Made by a program: the position numbers and the translations under genes. The notes under the pieces were generated by a model. The model made no database searches. It saw only the letters and a program-made list of their open reading frames with translations, and was not told where the DNA came from. This document shows positions 59,427 through 64,000 of a DNA stretch of 64,000 nt, one piece after another (position 1 is the stretch's first letter; every line of letters begins with the position of its first letter). Origin of the DNA: an uncultured bacterium (GTDB lineage Bacteria; Patescibacteriota; JACMRA01); the NCBI GenBank assembly GCA_963784355.1, contig CAWAQU010000007.1, forward strand, positions 125,618 to 189,617, in the 5' to 3' direction.

Positions 59427-61143
59427 AACCAAAAATATATCCATTATTGCTTGGATTTCGCTTGGTCTTTTATGGTTTGTTTTGTCTCGAGCAAAAGTTT
59501 TGAACAGTGCATTTTTTTCTTCGCCTGAAGATATTATTTCCAATTTTGGGCAAGCAGAATTTTGGCAGGTATTTTCAACTGATTTGATGGCCACTGTAAG
59601 TAGGTTGATAACTAGCTTGGTACTGGGGTTTGTACTCTCGTATTGTTTTATATTTGTGAGCTTATTTGTACCCAAATTACAAGATTTTATCAGACAGTTT
59701 AACCAGTTACTTAAATACGTCCCGGTCCCTGTGATTATACCGATTTCAATTTTGTTGTTTGGGACTTCGGACTTATCAAAAATTTTTATTGCTACTTTTA
59801 CTGTTTTTACGATTTATTTAAATTATTTATTAAATGTTTTGGATAAAGAAGAGAGTCAATATAAAAATCTACAAACTTCCTGGGAGATAAATAAAATTAC
59901 TAGATTTAAAGAATTTTTTTGGCCAATAAGCAATTATTTAAATTACAGAATTATTACTACCTTGATTAGCTGGAGTCTTAGTATCGTTTTGATCAGTGAA
60001 ATAATTTTAGGTGGAGCACAAGGACTTGGAATTCGTATTTTACAGCTTCAACAACTTTATAAAACCAGCACCTTGTATGGCTATCTGGTATTAATTTTAG
60101 TCTTTACTTTTTTGCTTGAGAAAATATTTTTAAACTTTTTTGCCAGGTTCAAATGGGATATTGTTAAATTTATCAATTTTGCTTTGATAGTATTCTTAAT
60201 TTTGTTTAGTTTTATTTATCAAGCCGGTCCATTGGTCCAAAATATTGGAGAAAAAAGGCTATCTATATTGAGCTACAAAGCGGTAATTAACCTACCTGTA
60301 CTTGTTTATATAGAAAAATATAATGAGCTGAATCTGAAACTTGAAATGTCGAGTTCAGGATTGCAAGTTATGGATATTCTGCAGTCTGAAAAAGGGTTTA
60401 TAGGTGGCTATAGTGATATGCCAAATGTACTTGCCGGGCAGTTGAAAAACAAACAATTAAAAATATTGTCCCAAGTTGTGGAAAAACCTGACTATCCTAC
60501 ACTTTTTTTAATAAGCAGCCGAGAGCTCAAACAAGGAAATTATTCTGCTATAAACAATTCTAAAATTGGATACTATCCCAACAATCCTATCATCCAAAAA
60601 GGTCTAGACGCAGTACTTTTTAGCAACAAGACAAATACCTCCTCTGTAGAATTTGTAAATAGTAATGATCCTTTGGTATTGTCACAAGCTTTAACAGCGG
60701 GTCAAATTCAAAGCCTTTTAAGTATTGAACCATATATTACTGAAGTAGAGCAGAAAATGGGTATAAAAAGAATAAATCCAAGTACTACAGCTGTTTCAGG
60801 GATAAAATTTGAATCACTTCCACTTGCAGGAATGGTTGTAAATACACAAAAATTGGACAAAAATCAGATTAGTTCAATTGAGCAGGGTATGAAAAAGAGC
60901 ATTGATTTTATAAGAGAAAATACTGATGAAGCTCATAAAGCCAAACCTGAACTCAAAAAAATAATGCAAAAATACGATTTAAATCCTGACTCAAACCTAT
61001 CTGCTTTTGAAACAGAAGATGAAATTGACCCCAAAAACCTGGGGATTTTGTTAAAATTACTGTCTTACTATCAAATTGAAGGGTTTGAAGATTCGGTAAA
61101 TAATGAAAATGAGTTTTATTACAATTACTCGACAAATAACTAA
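59398..61143 (+). CDS. Fused ABC permease (SsuC/TauC-like) + substrate-binding domain (SsuA/NMT1-like)
   Basis: N-half TM with ATVSRL, VPVPVIIP, SEIILGGAQGLG. C-half soluble with QALTAGQIQSLLSIEPYIT. Confidence 0.75.
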   Translation: MRKIMRNLFKTKNISIIAWISLGLLWFVLSRAKVLNSAFFSSPEDIISNFGQAEFWQVFSTDLMATVSRLITSLVLGFVLSYCFIFVSLFVPKLQDFIRQFNQLLKYVPVPVIIPISILLFGTSDLSKIFIATFTVFTIYLNYLLNVLDKEESQYKNLQTSWEINKITRFKEFFWPISNYLNYRIITTLISWSLSIVLISEIILGGAQGLGIRILQLQQLYKTSTLYGYLVLILVFTFLLEKIFLNFFARFKWDIVKFINFALIVFLILFSFIYQAGPLVQNIGEKRLSILSYKAVINLPVLVYIEKYNELNLKLEMSSSGLQVMDILQSEKGFIGGYSDMPNVLAGQLKNKQLKILSQVVEKPDYPTLFLISSRELKQGNYSAINNSKIGYYPNNPIIQKGLDAVLFSNKTNTSSVEFVNSNDPLVLSQALTAGQIQSLLSIEPYITEVEQKMGIKRINPSTTAVSGIKFESLPLAGMVVNTQKLDKNQISSIEQGMKKSIDFIRENTDEAHKAKPELKKIMQKYDLNPDSNLSAFETEDEIDPKNLGILLKLLSYYQIEGFEDSVNNENEFYYNYSTNN

Positions 61144-61198
61144 GCTAGTTTTCAACTTTCTTTAGTGTATTTAAATCAATCTTTATCCCCAAATCCCC

Positions 61199-64000
61199 CT
61201 ACCTAACCCTAACCTGAAAACTAACACTTCCACTATTTCCACTTCCTCCTGTACCTCCAGTACTACTTCCACTTCCAGCAAGGCTAGGTATATTCCATTT
61301 AACACTCCTATCATTTCCATAACCTGTAGTATCGCAGCTAACACCTCCAGTTCCACTACAAGAATTTAAAACAAAGTCAGCATTAATATTAACAATATCT
61401 GTAATCACTACATTACTTAAACTATTTGTTGTAGTATTAGTATACTGAATAGTAAAAGTAATAATATCATCTTTCACTACAGTACTACCACTTGCTAAAC
61501 TAACTCCATTTCTAGTAGCTGATTTTACAAGTATAACATTACCTCCTCCTGTACCTGAGGTAGAACCTGAAGTAGAAGAAGAACCAGTAGTACTACCAGT
61601 TGAAGAGCTTGAGGTTCCAGATGTTGAGCTAGATGTTGAAGTTCCAGACGTGCTTGTTGATGTGGTAGTACCTGATGTAGCTGTACTTGTTGATGTAGAG
61701 GTATTTGTATTAGTTCCGGTAGTAGTACTTGTTGAAGTTCCAGATGTACCTGAAGTTGTTGTACTCGTTGATGTGGTACCTGAAGTAGCTGTAGAAGTTG
61801 AACCAGCTGTTCCACTTGTTGTAGAAGTTGTTGTTGAACTAGTAGTCCCTGAAGTTGAACCAGTTGATGTTGAACTATCACTTGTAGAGCTAGATGTTGA
61901 ACTAGTAGTATTAGTTCCAGTTCCCGGATCTACAGGAGGTGGATTATTAATAGTTACAGTGGGACAACCAAAAGCACAAGGATTAGTTCCACCACCAGGA
62001 GGAGTAGAAGGGGTACCGGGTGGAGTAGGAGTAGTACAACCACTACCTACACAACCAGGATCACTACAACTAGCAGTACTACAAGGCCCGCCAGGAGGAG
62101 GATTGCCACCAGTTGTATCACCACAGATTCCAGCTTGAGTACAATCTGAATTACCACCAGGAGGGTTACCGCCAGGGCCAGGAGTAGTACAACCACTACC
62201 TACACAACCAGGATCACTACAGTTAGAAGTACTACATCCAGGAGGAGGAGTACAACCACTACCTGTACATCCAGGTGGGTTTCCACAACTCGTAGTACAA
62301 CTAGGAGGCTTAGGACAAGTACCTGTTGTTGTGCAATTAGGGTTAGGATCAGGAGTATCAGCCTCAGCCTGAGTCTTAGGACAATATATTTTTCCAATAG
62401 TCTGGTCTAAATTGTTTTCTGTTCTACTTCCATTCTTGTAGTAGATAACTTGATTCTCTAGATCAAAGACTACTTTATCCATATATCCTGTATTAGAAGA
62501 GATAAAATCTTTATCTACTGGGTGGTTGTTAGAATAAGTAATGGTATTATCTTTGTTTACTCTTCCAAGACTTGGTCTTATCTGACTTCCATATCCAATA
62601 GTATAGTAAGCAAAGTTATTACCTTGTAAGTCTAGTCCATTTCCAGTTCCACCAGTCCCGTTCTGTCCTCCTTCATACGTAGTATCAGCTTTAGCTACTT
62701 CCAGGTCTCCTCCATCATAAGGATGCATTAAAGACAAGTTCATGAACTGAGCGCTACCACTTCCATCAATAGAATAGATATCTGTTCCATAGTTTTGAAT
62801 ACTATTTGGCCCTACAAAGGAAAGACTCTTTCCATCATCTCTTGAAGCGATATCTAAAAAGGTATTCTCAGGTAAGGTAGAAAAACTAGGATTAGGAGTA
62901 AGAGCAGAAGCTGGAGTGGGGGCGCTACTAGCTCCCTTTTGAATATACTTGTAAGTATTAGGAGTAAAGGCAGAGGAGCCACTGGTACTATCTTGCACCT
63001 GTCCTCCGGCTTGATGTCTTGTATCGTCAATGAATACTTCACCATTTTGATTTACTGAAATATCACCAAAGTCTTTAGCAAACCCTGCTGCTTTAAATCC
63101 TCCTTGAGTACCTATCACATTACCAGTGGCAATATCAATTTTAGTAACAAAGCCTTCTACTTGACCTGTAATATCTGCGTCGTGGGGAATAGCATCATTA
63201 TTAGGATCAGAGTCAGCTAAGGAAACAGTAAGAGAAGACTCTAAGTCAGAACCTGGTTTTACTCTTAACCCAAAGGTATACAAAGTATTGTTAGAGACAA
63301 GACTCTTAAATCCAGGAGTATCTAAATCCATTGGTCTTCCCCAATTAGAAATAGTTTTCCAGTTAGGAGTAATACTAGAAGGAATCTTAGGGGTAGCAGT
63401 TACAGAAGGAGCAAGTTTAGTAATAGAAAGATCAGAAGAATAAAGAGCTGGGTTAGACCGGGAATCAGCATCAGGGTAGTAAATAGATCTACCTGTTGAA
63501 GAAGAGTCGCGAGGTGCTTTAAGTACATACAAGTTAGAATCTTTATCTAGAGTAAGACCAAAAATATCATGATTTACTTTAGCATACTCAGGAACAATGA
63601 TTGGAGCTACTGGTTTAGGAGTAGAAGCTGGGTCAAGTGGGTTTGAAGGTAACCTGCAGTCTAGGATGCGGGAGGGGGTTGTGGAGGTTGTGGCGAAGGT
63701 GTAGGCGTTGGAATAACTTGATGAGTATATACTACCAATGTCGGATAAATTAGTATTTACGTTTGGTGACTTTACTTTAACGGGAGCTGGATAGAATTTT
63801 GTGCTGTTCCAAGCTTCTTGCCCCTGTCCTATCTGACCGACATTGTTGTCACCCCAAGCCCAAACTTCTCCATCTTCATCAAGCACTGTGTAGTTGATAC
63901 TTCCATTGGCAATACTTTTAATTTTTTTACCTCCAAAAAAAGAAGAGGAGATGCTCACAGGTGTCCTAACATCTGAACTATAGTTTGATAAGGTTGCTGT
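61199..64000 (-). CDS. Large surface protein, 5' end outside the window: RCC1-like repeat, beta-propeller-like region, Cys/Pro/Gly repeats, Ser/Thr stalk, C-terminal DUF11
   Basis: The frame stays open to the window edge. DGEVWAWGDNNVGQIG (RCC1). DIITFTIQYTN...LSNVVITD...VKWNIPSL...VSFQVRV (DUF11). Confidence 0.85.
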   Translation of the reverse strand, partial: TATLSNYSSDVRTPVSISSSFFGGKKIKSIANGSINYTVLDEDGEVWAWGDNNVGQIGQGQEAWNSTKFYPAPVKVKSPNVNTNLSDIGSIYSSSYSNAYTFATTSTTPSRILDCRLPSNPLDPASTPKPVAPIIVPEYAKVNHDIFGLTLDKDSNLYVLKAPRDSSSTGRSIYYPDADSRSNPALYSSDLSITKLAPSVTATPKIPSSITPNWKTISNWGRPMDLDTPGFKSLVSNNTLYTFGLRVKPGSDLESSLTVSLADSDPNNDAIPHDADITGQVEGFVTKIDIATGNVIGTQGGFKAAGFAKDFGDISVNQNGEVFIDDTRHQAGGQVQDSTSGSSAFTPNTYKYIQKGASSAPTPASALTPNPSFSTLPENTFLDIASRDDGKSLSFVGPNSIQNYGTDIYSIDGSGSAQFMNLSLMHPYDGGDLEVAKADTTYEGGQNGTGGTGNGLDLQGNNFAYYTIGYGSQIRPSLGRVNKDNTITYSNNHPVDKDFISSNTGYMDKVVFDLENQVIYYKNGSRTENNLDQTIGKIYCPKTQAEADTPDPNPNCTTTGTCPKPPSCTTSCGNPPGCTGSGCTPPPGCSTSNCSDPGCVGSGCTTPGPGGNPPGGNSDCTQAGICGDTTGGNPPPGGPCSTASCSDPGCVGSGCTTPTPPGTPSTPPGGGTNPCAFGCPTVTINNPPPVDPGTGTNTTSSTSSSTSDSSTSTGSTSGTTSSTTTSTTSGTAGSTSTATSGTTSTSTTTSGTSGTSTSTTTGTNTNTSTSTSTATSGTTTSTSTSGTSTSSSTSGTSSSSTGSTTGSSSTSGSTSGTGGGNVILVKSATRNGVSLASGSTVVKDDIITFTIQYTNTTTNSLSNVVITDIVNINADFVLNSCSGTGGVSCDTTGYGNDRSVKWNIPSLAGSGSSTGGTGGSGNSGSVSFQVRVR
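62027..62221 (-). repeat. 42-bp exact intragenic repeat (62027-62068 = 62180-62221) encoding CSDPGCVGSGCTTP
   Basis: Direct comparison, offset 153. Confidence 0.9.

Noticed and set aside
61525-63045. Val-rich and Leu/Gln-rich ORFs overlapping the last gene
   Set aside because: They are antisense or off-frame products of the Ser/Thr/Pro low-complexity coding region.
1-64000. Alternative genetic code (TGA = Gly, code 25)
   Set aside because: sufC, sufD and lepB end at TGA at the expected C termini, and Gly-rich ORFs are intact under code 11.
1-64000. CRISPR array, IS element or integrase
   Set aside because: All repeats found are intragenic or promoter-scale. No repeat-spacer pattern, transposase or tRNA 3'-end duplication was seen.

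Overview
This is an AT-rich bacterial chromosome segment read in standard code 11, since TGA is used as a stop. It is probably from a Patescibacteria/CPR genome. That is an inference from the stand-alone VirD4-like ATPase, cohesin and DUF11 surface proteins, FemABX, a short RelA/SpoT, largely SD-less starts and many ORFans. The left 18 kb is one 5946-aa surface protein. Its domains are Calx-beta, LamG, FN3, three nested IPT[DUF2341[LamG]] modules with constant-variable-constant structure, three Gly-rich units including an exact 915-bp tandem duplication, and about 18 SdrD-B-like domains. Next come a CsoR-family repressor divergent from a fasciclin-dipZ operon, a dockerin-cohesin gene pair, sufCD, a carbonic-anhydrase-like gene, lepB, femABX and a decayed SRAP/umuDC islet. 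The middle holds zwf, three tRNAs (Thr-GGT, Pro-GGG, Arg-CCT), rsmI, the VirD4-like ATPase, relA/spoT and recD2. The right side has two ABC systems, a GT4/glucosidase pair, padR and the 3' part of a second large Cys/Pro/Ser/Thr-rich surface protein. No rRNA, CRISPR array, integrase, transposase or reverse transcriptase was seen. Domain calls come from motif recognition by eye, not database searches.
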